Positions 24,800 through 37,524 are shown, counted from the first letter of the whole stretch. The stretch is DNA of 63,751 nucleotides, filler included, from Octopus bimaculoides (GCF_001194135.2; 6 parts of 4 records of this genome joined end to end with filler, not necessarily neighbours in it), one strand, 5' to 3'. Translations and numbers: made by a program. Notes: generated from the letters alone by a model not told the origin.

Positions 24800-26272
24800 C
24801 TCACGTCTCACTACCATACAACATTGCAGTTTGCGCTTATATTCTCACATATACGACGCTTTTCGATATTGTTTTTGCTCTGTACCAGGGTTACGTGGTA
24901 GGACAATTTAATTTTAAAATATACTCCTGCCTACTGTAAAGAATATCATAACTAGAAACATAAACCCATTAAGGTTACTGTGGAAATGATGTATCAGTCA
25001 GTAAAATAAACTACATTTTAAATTCTACCTTGAAGAACGTTCGTTTGGAATTCTCTTGCTTTTTTCGTATCAAAACGAGATCCCGAATGTTTTCAAAAAC
25101 GACCTTCATCTGAGGGATTTTTTTCTTTGCTATTGGTGACGGTTGACGCTTAAGGAGAATTGGATGCTGCTTGTTCTATGTTCCTTATCATTTGTGTACG
25201 TTGTATATGCTTTCTGTACTCTACAGTCTTACCTTCAAGAAGTACTCTAAAACTATTGGATTCACAAGGCAATTTATTAAGTAACTGGCTAGACATAGAA
25301 TAATGGCATCGAGTCTATTTCCTTTCCTTTACTCCGTTATTTTTCTTAACAAAAGTACGTGAATAGCTCATATTCACAGTGTTTTGTTTCTCCGACCCTT
25401 CCCGATAGATTTCGATGTGTTCTCTAAGAGTTTGTTTTGTTTGTTTTAAAGAAACATTTAGAAACGTGGCCTGCTACGTATTTCCGCTATTACGGTATCA
25501 CTTGCAGGCATAATCTATTTCAGAAGCAATTCACTTTTTTGCAGTTTTCTTCTTCAGTTTTATAATTTGTATATACAATTCTTGTCATATAGAATTCTTG
25601 TCAAATAGAATTCTTGTCATCTATTCCTTCACCTCAATTTTTAAATACAGTTTACATTTTAGTAAAATGTGTGTCACCAATTCAATTATAAACATAACCG
25701 TCCATATCACCTTGTTTAAATATTGACAATGAATTTCTTAACCTTTTCTACCGTTTTCAAGGAAGGTTTATTTGATGGGGATCGAAGAATGAAGGGCGGC
25801 AAAAATAGATGCTAAAATATAAAAAAAGAATGATATAGATCTGAATAGTGCTTTCAAAACTGTGTATTTGAATAAATGCATTCCAATAAATATAAATGTA
25901 TCTACAACAACGTATTTGTATTGTGGTCACAAAATTATTTCACTCATTCTTTTCTTATCAATTTTTATATTTGTGTATAGCGATGTACTCTTTTGTAGAG
26001 AAGCTGAAGACTACAACAGATAACATGCCTGTAGGCTTTGTTATTCAAAAGAGTATCATAGCATGAGGTAATTGGCAATAGTTCTTTGGACACTGGGGAT
26101 TTGGAACAGCTGACAAGCTATTGAACATGTTTTGGTGACAGTAATTTTTGGTACTGGAGAAAAATGCACACAAGCACCGAAATATACAAACACAGTTTAA
26201 AATATATCTATACGTTAAAAATAAAATATGAAAGAGTATAATACAGATCAGCATGATCACGAATAGCTTCAT
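24800..26272 (-). pseudogene. LRR/TLR-like pseudogene with signal peptide and LRRNT cap
   Basis: ATG at 26272: MKLFVIMLICIILFHILFLTY (signal-like), then CIFRCLCAF..KNYCHQNMFNSLSAVP (LRRNT-like); downstream relics RNSLSIFKQGD (about 25740-25705), TVNMSYS (25380), KIPQMKVVFENIRDLVL (25120-25070). Confidence 0.5.
25577..25620. repeat. 16-bp tandem repeat (AATTCTTGTCA core), 3 copies
   Basis: Core starts at 25577, 25593 and 25609. Confidence 0.9.
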
Positions 26273-27244
26273 GGAGATATTAGTGCATGTATAATAGAAA
26301 GTCTTCTAACAAATCCTCGAAAGTAGATAATGAACCTTATATCTTCCACCTAAAATAAACAAGGTACCATTTCATGTTCTATGCCGAAAACAGTAGAAAT
26401 GCTGTATGGTAAAGCAGAATTGTATCAGCTTGCATCGATGTCCGAGTCTTGCTTCAGGTGTAAAAATAAATGGGAAAGTATTACCAGTATGCTGTTATAT
26501 TCCATTCATCCATTTCCTCTGACCACAATTTATAGGAGGGTCGTAGAAGTAGAGTCCCCAGGCACCTAACCATAAAGTCCTATGAGAAGCAACAGTCGTT
26601 ACACTTTACGATTGGTTTCCCAAGAGTGACCATTTGAGACTAAGAATATTCTCCACAAACCTTGTTCTTCGTCCTTCCACAGATCTCATGTCGGTTAACT
26701 CGGCTAGAAGAATCCTTTTTGTGATTCTTCGCATGTCAGTAATATCAGTGCTGTGGCCTATAAATGCGGAGAGCGGCTCTACCTAGTAAGACAACTTGGT
26801 CCTCGAGCTATGCACCCTGTTGATTGATGTTACGCCAGAGATACTTCGGAGAAAACACAAAGACCGCTTCTATTCGGCCATTACGCCACATTGAAGACCA
26901 TAGTTGAAGCTAAGCACGAAAACGGAATAAAAGGTAGCAAGTGTAGTTTCATATCTTCTGTGTTTTCTGCTACGTGTACAATTTTTTAACTTCTATTACC
27001 TGATGAGACATGTGTAATTGTGAATAAATAATACCTAAATATTTTCTAATCTGCTGTTCCGATATAACATTACTCTACAAAAGATATTTTCCACTATTTG
27101 CAACTCTTATACATGCATCACACAAATATAGCATCTTTATAAGGATTTAGAATACTGGAATAAAAGCAAATGCTTTCAAGAAGTCACAACTTCGATTGTA
27201 ACACTATCTTTTAACACATANNNNNNNNNNNNNNNNNNNNNNNN

Positions 27245-28490
27245 GGTAAAATTTTGCGTCATTATTATATTTTGACAATCTTTATTCTTTGTTAGAAAGT
27301 TGACACATCTATTTTATTCTAACTCATTTTGCGCTTTATAAAGTATCTATAAATCGTTTTTTTTTGTTTTGTTTTTTTTTTGCTGTTTTTGTTAGGAGAT
27401 AGATAAGTCGGAAATCGTACATTTTGAAACATGAGTTCTTTCTTAGAAATACTGCAGCATAGACAGCTCGGAATATTAATGGAGTATTTCATTCTAATAT
27501 TGTTACACAGCAGACAGTATCAAATTCGTATGAAACATTTCGTTCTGGTTAGTTTGACCTCACAAAGGAACAACGCGCTCGACCAGAAACAGTAGTGGAT
27601 AATGACGAACTGAAAGCCACCGTCGAATCAGATCCATCTCAAAGTGCCTATGAATTATCATTGTTGTTTGGTGTTAGCAAGGAAACAATATTGACTCACC
27701 TAATTCAAATCGGTAAAGGGAAAACATTGGATAAGTGGGTTCCACATGAACTCAATGAATATCAGAAACAGCAACATTTGGAAGCCTGCGTTATGCTACT
27801 TTCTCGTCATGAAAATGCATAATTTTTTAATTGAATTGTAACATGTGATGAGAAATGGATCCAATACTACAACCGTAAACGTTCAGCACAATCTTTGGAC
27901 AAAGGTAAGCCACCAAAACCCAGTCTAAAAAGCAAAATTCATCAAAAGAAGCTGATGGTGTGTGCTTGGTTGTCTGGCGTAGATGTGATCCATTATGATT
28001 TCATTAAACCTGGCTCATCAATTGCGACCGAACTATACTGCAGCCAAATGGAACAAATGATGCAGAAACGTACAAAACAAAAACAGCCTAGATTAGGCAA
28101 CAGATCCACTCCCATTTTATTGTAAGACAACCGCAGACTACACATTGCAAAAATGACATTCGCAAATATACAAGAGTTGAAGCTAGAAGTTCTTCATCAT
28201 CCACCATACTCACCTGATCTTGCCCCCACTGGTTACCACTTCCTGCAGAATTTGGATAACTTTTCGATAGAAAAAAAATTAATTCTGACGACGCTGTAAA
28301 ACAGGTCTTCTAAGATTTTGTTGACTCTAGATGGTCAGGCTTTTAGAGTTCCGAGCTGGACAAGCTACCGCTGAAATGGCGAGACTGTAGTGGCAATATG
28401 GGTGCATACTTTGATGAAAAAAACTATTCCTTGTATTTATTTGGAAACATTTTTTTATCTACAAATTTCCTATTTCACCACTTAATATTT
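27245..28490 (+). mobile_element. mariner (DD34D) transposon, near full length, pseudogenised transposase
   Basis: DNDELKATVESDPSQS...KWVPHEL; IVTCDEKWIQY; KKLMVCAW; HPPYSPDLAPTGYHFL; 3-prime end atttcctatttcaccacttaata; the 5-prime end runs into a gap. Confidence 0.95.
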
Positions 28491-28506
28491 GCGTGTGTGT
28501 TTGTAT

Positions 28507-28582
<76 letters not shown>

Positions 28583-29462
28583 NNNNNNNNNNNNNNNNNN
28601 NNNNNNNNNNNNNNNNNNNNNNNNNNNNNNNNNNNNNNNNNNNNNNNNNNNNNNNNNNNNNNNNNNNNNNNNNNNNNNNNNNNNNNNNNNNNNNNNNNNN
28701 NNNNNNNNNNNNNNNNNNNNNNNNNNNNNNNNNNNNNNNNNNNNNNNNNNNNNNNNNNNNNNNNNNNNNNNNNNNNNNNNNNNNNNNNNNNNNNNNNNNN
28801 NNNNNNNNNNNNNNNNNNNNNNNNNNNNNNNNNNNNNNNNNNNNNNNNNNNNNNNNNNNNNNNNNNNNNNNNNNNNNNNNNNNNNNNNNNNNNNNNNNNN
28901 NNNNNNNNNNNNNNNNNNNNNNNNNNNNNNNNNNNNNNNNNNNNNNNNNNNNNNNNNNNNNNNNNNNNNNNNNNNNNNNNNNNNNNNNNNNNNNNNNNNN
29001 NNNNNNNNNNNNNNNNNNNNNNNNNNNNNNNNNNNNNNNNNNNNNNNNNNNNNNNNNNNNNNNNNNNNNNNNNNNNNNNNNNNNNNNNNNNNNNNNNNNN
29101 NNNNNNNNNNNNNNNNNNNNNNNNNNNNNNNNNNNNNNNNNNNNNNNNNNNNNNNNNNNNNNNNNNNNNNNNNNNNNNNNNNNNNNNNNNNNNNNNNNNN
29201 NNNNNNNNNNNNNNNNNNNNNNNNNNNNNNNATATATAAATAACGATAAGATCGATATTTAAAATATTGATTTTATCAAGTGGCCAGCATGGGAATAAAA
29301 ACCATCAAAGGTAACAATTATTTAAAATTATAATATAGGGTATCTAAGAGATACTGCCACGCTGAAAATAACAGTCAAATCTTGACTCTAAACCACAATA
29401 AATGTTCATATAGCACGAAGAGCGAAGACGAAGATAAAATAAACTAGCAAAAATACTGGATA

Positions 29463-29522
29463 ATTCCAGATCCCGGATTTCTGGCTTTGCATAATAAAAT
29501 GCTTTGCCTTCATCAGTGGAAT
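29463..29522 (-). ncRNA. type I hammerhead-like motif
   Basis: Minus strand: attcca CTGATGA a GGC aaa GCAT tttatt ATGC aaa GCC a GAAA tccggga TC tggaat; 6-bp stem I, AUC triplet. Confidence 0.55.
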
Positions 29523-29679
29523 ACACTCAGAAAAGCACATAAATTTATACAGTTACTCTGGGTTTCTCGCTATAAAGTGTAACTTTATGGCGTATTTTCA
29601 GACCCTAAGATTTGTTGGGCTATGGCCTCTTTAAAATATGGGTGCGGGGGAACGATACAGAAAGACAAACAAGGACACG

Positions 29680-29930
29680 GACATGCTCCAACGCTCACAC
29701 GGACAAACACACACACATAAACTTACGTTCACACACGGAAACGTGCATACAGAAGTGCACGCGTACACACAAAAAACAGGAACTCACACACATACGAACG
29801 CACACACATGAAAACACATGAAAACACACACACACATGAAAACACATGAAAACACACACACACACGCGGACACATAGGCCCTCCCATACACACACGGACA
29901 CACGCATGCTTACGCATGTTTATACTCACG
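29680..29930. repeat. CA-rich tract with ACATGAAAAC units
   Basis: Direct reading. Confidence 0.8.
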
Positions 29931-30252
29931 CACAGATAGATATCAATTCATGCAACATTTATCAAAGAAGTCGGTTTAACTGTCTTTGAGAGAAACGTGT
30001 GGGCGTGAGGGTATGTCTGTGACCTTCTTTGTCTTTCCATGTGTATGTGTATGTGTTTGTATGTGTGTATGTGTGTGGGCGCGTCCATGGGTCTTTGTAA
30101 GGCCTTTGACTATTGAGAGTATTTACTATTCAAAACCGGCCGTGTTTCATTTATGAAGACTGACCCTTGTTTCCGTCGTCCGGGTATCTAGACAGGATAT
30201 CTTTGCTAATCCGGTTCAGCACATCACCATGATGTTCTTTACACACTCATAC

Positions 30253-30315
<63 letters not shown>

Positions 30316-31199
30316 AATCAGTCTGTATGTTTGTCTGTCTGTGTTTGTGTGTGTTTATGTATGTATGTATGTATGTATGTACACACACACACACACACAC
30401 AAATACATTTACACATTTATTATTCATTACTGCTAAGAATAAATATTGATATAGATCCATGTTTTTGAGTTAAATTCGATTGATTAGTGGAATTTGGAAT
30501 AATAAATGATACATAGCCTATAGCGTGAGTGTATATATTTGTATGTGTGTGTGTACTTTTGTACATGCATATACACAAGTGTATGTACGTGTGTACGTGT
30601 GTATATAAGCATGCATGTATTCATAAGTGTATATGTATGTATATGTATGTGCATATATATGCGGGCATATATATGCACACATATGTGTTTATGTATGTAT
30701 GCGTATATGTAAATATGCATGTATGTGTATATATGTATAGGTGAATATATATGCGCGTATGTGTGAGTTTACGTTTATGCAACTATGTCAATATATGTAT
30801 CGCTGTGTATGTACGCATGCATATCTAATAATATATAAAATNNNNNNNNNNNNNNNNNNNNNNNNNNNNNNNNNNNNNNNNNNNNNNNNNNNNNNNNNNN
30901 NNNNNNNNNNNNNNNNNNNNNNNNNNNNNNNNNNNNNNNNNNNNNNNNNNNNNNNNNNNNNNNNNNNNNNNNNNNNNNNNNNNNNNNNNNNNNNNNNNNN
31001 NNNNNNNNNNNNNNNNNNNNNNNNNNNNNNNNNNNNNNNNNNNNNNNNNNNNNNNNNNNNNNNNNNNNNNNNNNNNNNNNNNNNNNNNNNNNNNNNNNNN
31101 NNNNNNNNNNNNNNNNNNNNNNNNNNNNNATCTCTTTATGTATATCTCTCTATCCATCTCTCTGTTTGTATCTCTATCTCTGTTTCTCTGTAACATATC

Positions 31200-31540
31200 T
31201 CTCTATTTATATCTCTTGTTTTCACTTTCATTTTTCAGACGCTATACTTATCACTTTCAATTTTCATACGCTATTGTTTAACTTCCTTGTTATTGTTTTC
31301 ATTGTATGTTTAAGTTTTCAATCGCTATATACAAACAACCAAACACAATTTACAAACAGAAAGACATTCACAATTACTGATGTACGTATTTTCATACTTT
31401 ACTGCCAGACGTATCTGAATAAATTTCCCTTCACTCCATAAGGTTTTGTGTTTTTCTGTTTTTGGTGGTCTCTTTCTGGTTCCTTCGATACTGGTTCTTT
31501 AGTTTACTGAGTGATAAATTTCGCTACAAGCCGTACAATA
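31200..31540 (-). repeat. diverged inverted copy of the ~200-bp unit at 34140-34407
   Basis: The reverse complement contains gcgaaattt.tcactcagt.aac.aaaga.ccagtatcgaagg.accagaaa and agcgattgaaaac.taaac. Confidence 0.8.
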
Positions 31541-31859
31541 CTTTATTTTCCTTCAAAATATTTCTTATTTACTTTCTGCCCGTCGTATTAAGGAACATAA
31601 TTTCCGTTACCAAGTTATGTTCATTGTTTAATATCTTCTTCACCCATGTATTTCTGTATACAAATATAACCATGCCTAGAAGGAAAGTGTCAAATTTGTT
31701 GGCATAACTACAGATTCCTGTCCCCACCGCCACTTTCAGATATATGGATATTTTTTCATAAACGTTGATTCTGAATATACAAATTTTTGAGAGGTAATTG
31801 TTTTAGGAGGGGGGTGGGGAATTTCTGAAAAATCACCGGAGTCTTAATTTTCAAGAGAA

Positions 31860-32390
31860 TGGATATGTTTTAATGAAGTTCTCTACAAATATACCTCGGA
31901 CTATGTAGATTCCGAGGACACAGGAAGTTTTGGGTGGAAAAAATTCTCACTGGAGCTATTGAAGAAGATTTTTGGCCATGTACCACCTTAACATAAGAGT
32001 ACAAACACTTGGCATCATTTCTATTAGTTGCTTCTTGCGCCCCCTTTAGCTCTGTCATTTCACCATTCTTGTTTAATTTTACTTAGAGGAGTCTGCGCTT
32101 TCCCTTTCAGCTTTCTGTAAGCTTTGTGTGAGATGGGGTTTCATGGACTGAGAAAAAAGTTTATTGCCTAAGTTTTGTTTTTCTAAAAGTAGATCATGAA
32201 TTTCAGATGATTTGTCTGACAACCAGTCAGTGGACTTACTTATGCGATTTAAATCCCACTGAACTTGTAGCCTGAAATACATTTGTTTTGACATCTTCAC
32301 ATAGATTGTTTCGACCAAGATTGACACATTCTATACCATCGTGGAGCTTTGCAAGTTGTTTGGTAATTTGTAAAGGAACTGTTTCTGTAT
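31860..32390 (-). mobile_element. RTE-clade LINE relic (linker between endonuclease and RT)
   Basis: HLTQSLQKAERE...KQEW*NDRAKGAQEATNRNDAKCLYSYVKVVHGQKSSSIAPVR matches the RTE/BovB linker (K.EWW..RA..Q.A.D.ND.K.FY..LK.VYGP.S...PVR). Confidence 0.75.
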
Positions 32391-33503
32391 AAGAACGTTT
32401 AATTAAAGAAAATTTATCTATCGAAAAATACAGAACACAACTAAATATGAACTCATAACCATATATTCTAATTCACGTTCACATATACATCAATGTAAAT
32501 ATTTCATCTCATTACTTCAGCTTTATTTTACTTTTGTATTTTTGTATATTTATTAACCCNNNNNNNNNNNNNNNNNNNNNNNNNNNNNNNNNNNNNNNNN
32601 NNNNNNNNNNNNNNNNNNNNNNNNNNNNNNNNNNNNNNNNNNNNNNNNNNNNNNNNNNNNNNNNNNNNNNNNNNNNNNNNNNNNNNNNNNNNNNNNNNNN
32701 NNNNNNNNNNNNNNNNNNNNNNNNNNNNNNNNNNNNNNNNNNNNNNNNNNNNNNNNNNNNNNNNNNNNNNNNNNNNNNNNNNNNNNNNNNNNNNNNNNNN
32801 NNNNNNNNNNNNNNNNNNNNNNNNNNNNNNNNNNNNNNNNNNNNNNNNNNNNNNNNNNNNNNNNNNNNNNNNNNNNNNNNNNNNNNNNNNNNNNNNNNNN
32901 NNNNNNNNNNNNNNNNNNNNNNNNNNNNNNNNNNNNNNNNNNNNNNNNNNNNNNNNNNNNNNNNNNNNNNNNNNNNNNNNNNNNNNNNNNNNNNNNNNNN
33001 NNNNNNNNNNNNNNNNNNNNNNNNNNNNNNNNNNNNNNNNNNNNNNNNNNNNNNNNNNNNNNNNNNNNNNNNNNNNNNNNNNNNNNNNNNNNNNNNNNNN
33101 NNNNNNNNNNNNNNNNNNNNNNNNNNNNNNNNNNNNNNNNNNNNNNNNNNNNNNNNNNNNNNNNNNNNNNNNNNNNNNNNNNNNNNNNNNNNNNNNNNNN
33201 NNNNNNNNNNNNNNNNNNNNNNNNNNNNNNNNNNNNNNNNNNNNNNNNNNNNNNNNNNNNNNNNNNNNNNNNNNNNNNNNNNNNNNNNNNNNNNNNNNNN
33301 NNNNNNNNNNNNNNNNNNNNNNNNNNNNNNNNNNNNNNNNNNNNNNNNNNNNNNNNNNNNNNNNNNNNNNNNNNNNNNNNNNNNNNNNNNNNNNNNNNNN
33401 NNNATACATTGACGCATGTCAGTCGAAAAGTGAAAGTGTAATAGTAATACTTACTTTAACACTCAATGGTTTTACACTTTTGTATATGGCATGTACATAC
33501 TAT

Positions 33504-34110
33504 TCATGTAAGTGCTTCTTCATATACTATGTTTTCTGTCTTGCCATGTTTATCACTGAGAATGTAGAGGTTATTTTCATCTCCAACTCTAGAACATCCA
33601 ACATACAGCTGACCATGTGAGAAGCAAGGTTGAAGGAGGATAAGTCCTACCACCTTTAGAGATTGACCCTGTGCTTTGTTGATAGACATTGCAAAGGTAA
33701 GTTTGACCGGAACCTGCAGTCTCTTGAACTGAAATGGGAGATCATTTGAAATGAGAGGTATCATTGGAATGAAGACATTGTCACCCATGTAATTATTGTT
33801 GCTTCCAACACATGGGCATGGCTGTTTTAACAACCAACCTTGTTCTATTGCAGAGCCTGGGTGCATCAAGGTTTCTTAATAGCATTATGGGAGCACCTAT
33901 TTTCACGATCAGAATGTGTGGTGGAAATCCTGGTGGCTGAAGTGAATTGAGGAACTCCACTGGGTAATGCGTTGCCTGTTCTTGATGAGGGACAGAGTTA
34001 ATTTATCTGTATGAATATTCAGGTCCTGGAAGCTGAGTTAACAAATTTAAATTCAGTTTGTCTACAGAATCATTCATTGATGCCAGAATTGTTCTTTCAC
34101 ATAGCCACTT
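33504..34110 (-). mobile_element. Helitron PIF1-like helicase C-terminal fragment
   Basis: [17 protein letters not shown]; [18 protein letters not shown]; FKRLQVPVKLTFAMSINKAQGQSL; CFSHGQLYVGCSRVG; TENIVYEEAL*. Confidence 0.95.
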
Positions 34111-34114
34111 GTGA

Positions 34115-34407
34115 CTAACCCTAACCGTAACCCTAACCCTGGTTAGTAAATTATGAAATTATTTACATCAATAAATGTGAAGTTGTTAGCGATTGAAAAC
34201 GTAAACTTTTATTGAGAACAGTAACGAGTGAAGTTAAAGTGAGGTTGAAGCGAAATTTGTCACTCAGTGAACCAAAGAGCCAGTATCGAAGGTACCAGAA
34301 AAAAAAACCTCAGCAACAGGGAAACACAAAACCGTACTTCTGTTAGTAAATGATGAAATTATTTACATCAGTAAATGTGAACTTGTTAGCGATTGAAAAC
34401 GTAAACT
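34115..34407 (+). repeat. TAACCC-like motifs followed by a ~200-bp-period tandem repeat running into a gap
   Basis: gttagtaaat.atgaaattatttacatca.taaatgtgaa.ttgttagcgattgaaaacgtaaact at 34142 and 34342. Confidence 0.85.
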
Positions 34408-34910
34408 NNNNNNNNNNNNNNNNNNNNNNNNNNNNNNNNNNNNNNNNNNNNNNNNNNNNNNNNNNNNNNNNNNNNNNNNNNNNNNNNNNNNNNNNNNNNN
34501 NNNNNNNNNNNNNNNNNNNNNNNNNNNNNNNNNNNNNNNNNNNNNNNNNNNNNNNNNNNNNNNNNNNNNNNNNNNNNNNNNNNNNNNNNNNNNNNNNNNN
34601 NNNNNNNNNNNNNNNNNNNNNNNNNNNNNNNNNNNNNNNNNNNNNNNNNNNNNNNNNNNNNNNNNNNNNNNNNNNNNNNNNNNNNNNNNNNNNNNNNNNN
34701 NNNNNNNNNNNNNNNNNNNNNNNNNNNNNNNNNNNNNNNNNNNNNNNNNNNNNNNNNNNNNNNNNNNNNNNNNNNNNNNNNNNNNNNNNNNNNNNNNNNN
34801 NNNNNNNNNNNNNNNNNNNNNNNNNNNNNNNNNNNNNNNNNNNNNNNNNAAAGAGTACTCAGAGGTACAATAATATGCTTTATTTAAAAGCAGCAGAAAT
34901 ATAACAAAAG

Positions 34911-34950
34911 ACTGTTACTCGGAGTTTCACGTTCCCGTTCATCGGACAGT
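34911..34950 (-). ncRNA. compact type I hammerhead-like motif with CCGAUGA core
   Basis: Minus strand: actgt CCGATGA acg ggaa cgt GAAA ctccgag TA acagt; all three stems pair, GNRA loop II, GUA triplet. Confidence 0.6.
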
Positions 34951-35723
34951 TTTGTTAGAAATGGGAAAGGAATAACAATGCAATCAATCAAAATTAATAT
35001 ATAATTTGAAACACATAGATCTGTTTCATTGGTCGTTTGAAATAACGGTCATGGTTGCGCGATGAACAAAACAAATGAATTTAATATAGATTCATCGTAT
35101 TTCTTTTTTTAAATCGAAGAAAACCTTAAATAGAAAAATGGGCTCAAAATACATATTGTAAATAATTAATTATATTCGAATTAACACATTAAAATCAAAG
35201 AAAAGAAAATATACGCCGCATTAAAAATAAAATTACAACGCTGAGACCTAAAAGCCTTTTATGCGGATGTCTGTATTGTAACAATGCTTACGTATTCGTA
35301 TGTGTGCGTCTATGCTTACATATAGGGCCTAGGTTTACACTTGTGCACATACAGTTATGATTTCGTGTGTGTGCGGTTTTGTGTATGCATGTGCAAGAGT
35401 GTATGCTTATATTTATTTACACATACATGCATTTATTCGCGTGTGTGCATCTATGTTATATATGGGAATGTGCGCTCAGGTTTACGCTCACACATACTTG
35501 AATGTGTGCATACGCATGTATACAGATATGTTTGTGAGTATTTACGTACATATCCCCACATATATCTATATACGTGATGCTAATATACATTTTTGTATAC
35601 ACATATATACGCAGACCAATTTTTCTGTACGTTTGTTATATATGCTACATTCTCTTCTTGATTGCTTTCCTTCCTTCTCCCTTTCTTTCTCTATTTCTTT
35701 CTTCCCTTCCTCCTTTCTTTCTC

Positions 35724-35755
<32 letters not shown>

Positions 35756-35995
35756 TCCTTCCTCGCGATAGCCACACTTTATCTCTTTCTATATTAGTAA
35801 CGTTCTTATCGATATGTTACCCTCTACTTCATAGGTTAAGATACAATTTTTGTTACCAGCGCGTAATATTTTCGTGCGCGAGCTTGACTGCGTGTATATG
35901 TGTATGTGTATACATATGTATTCATGTATATATTTGTGTCTTGCAAATATATACCTATATACGTAGATTGTCTGTACGTATGCATCTGTGTACTT

Positions 35996-36037
<42 letters not shown>

Positions 36038-36137
36038 NNNNNNNNNNNNNNNNNNNNNNNNNNNNNNNNNNNNNNNNNNNNTTAATTAATTAANNNNNNN
36101 NNNNNNNNNNNNNNNNNNNNNNNNNNNNNNNNNNNNN
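36038..36137. other. artificial scaffold spacer
   Basis: 44N-TTAATTAATTAA-44N. Confidence 0.95.
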
Positions 36138-36221
<84 letters not shown>

Positions 36222-36234
36222 TACATGTATGTGT

Positions 36235-36405
36235 CTTAGTATCTGTCACTCTACTCACGGTTTGACAACCCGTGTTGGTTTATTCACATTCCCACAACTT
36301 AGCGGTCCAGCAAAATAATAAGATTTGAAACATAAGTACTGGTGTCGATCAAACTCTTTAATGTTGTGCATAACCGAAGTTCAATAACTGAAAGAAGTAA
36401 AAGAA
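36235..36405 (+). mobile_element. SINE family B, 3-prime half, diverged
   Basis: tttgacaacccgtgttgg...actgaaagaagtaaaaga. Confidence 0.7.
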
Positions 36406-36809
36406 CTTATGTACGTACGTACATATGTATGTATGTATGTACGTACGTATGTATATAGAGTGAGATGGGGTGGGAAGAGAAAGAGAACACACAGCTCTCA
36501 CGTTGTTATGTAAACAATGTAGAGCAGTAGTAGGTGAATAAGTGTAAAATTATTTCAGAACATGGACAAACGGTGAATCATTATTTCTTTTTTAAATATC
36601 TCTCAAGCAAATAAAACTCTTTAGTTTGACAAAGTATGGTTGAAAAACGAAGGAATGTTGGCTTATCAGTGCGGTTCCTCACTTACCGACATTATCGTGG
36701 TCGGTAAACTCGAAAGTCAAATAAAAATAAATTACTGAAATTCTTAAAACTTCACCTAAAGAAACATGACGCATTTTTTAACTTTTTAAAAGCTTGCTTA
36801 TTTTTCTAC

Positions 36810-37160
36810 AGCCTTTCGACTCCAGTACTTGATTGGTGTTTTATTTCGAACGTGGAGGTATGAAAAGCATTTGAACTCGGAACGTAGAGCAGGAAAAACA
36901 AAAAATGGATAAGTATTTCCTCCAACATGCTAACGATTCTGCCAACTTGCTGACTTTGTAAAATCTTGCAGATTGATAATTTCTTGCATAGGTGCAAGAC
37001 TAGAAATTTTGCAGGGTAGGGAACAGTCGATTATAGCGACACCAGAATGAGACTGGTACTTAGTTTTTATCGACTACGGAAAAATAATCAAAAAAATTTA
37101 ACACTGGGATCAATCTAATCGACTAGCCCCCTACCCCAAAATTTTACACAAAGCCTGAAA
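36810..37160 (-). mobile_element. decayed SINE family A fragments
   Basis: atttgaactcggaacgtag; aagactagaaattttgcagg; gtcgattatagcgac. Confidence 0.65.
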
Positions 37161-37524
37161 TTTGGGGGTAGGGGTGTTCAACTGGTATTTAATTTATCGA
37201 CCTCGAAAGGATGAAAGGCTAAGTCGACCTCGGCGGAATTTGAACTCAGAACGTAACGGCAGACGAAATACCGCTAAGCATTTTGCCCAGTGTGCTAACG
37301 ATTCTTATTTCTTTATTGCCCACAAGGGGCTAAACATAGAGGGGATAAACAAGGACAGACAAAGGGATTAAGTCGATTACATCGACCCAAGTACTTAATT
37401 TATTGACCCCGAAAGGATGAAGGCAAAGTCGACCTCGGCGGAATTTGAACTCAGAACGTAGCGGCAGACGAAATACCGCTAAGCATTTCATCCGGCGTGC
37501 TAACGACTCTGCCAGCTCGCCGCC
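37160..37524 (-). mobile_element. dimeric SINE family A (monomer, linker, headless monomer)
   Basis: Two consecutive monomers joined by the linker ccctttgtctgtccttg...gggcaataaagaaataagaa; same arrangement at 41121-42130. Confidence 0.85.

Noticed and set aside
26035-26075. Possible first exon ending ATGAG|GTAATT, implying a divergent gene pair
   Set aside because: No downstream exon found; the opposite strand gives a signal peptide plus LRRNT-like cap.
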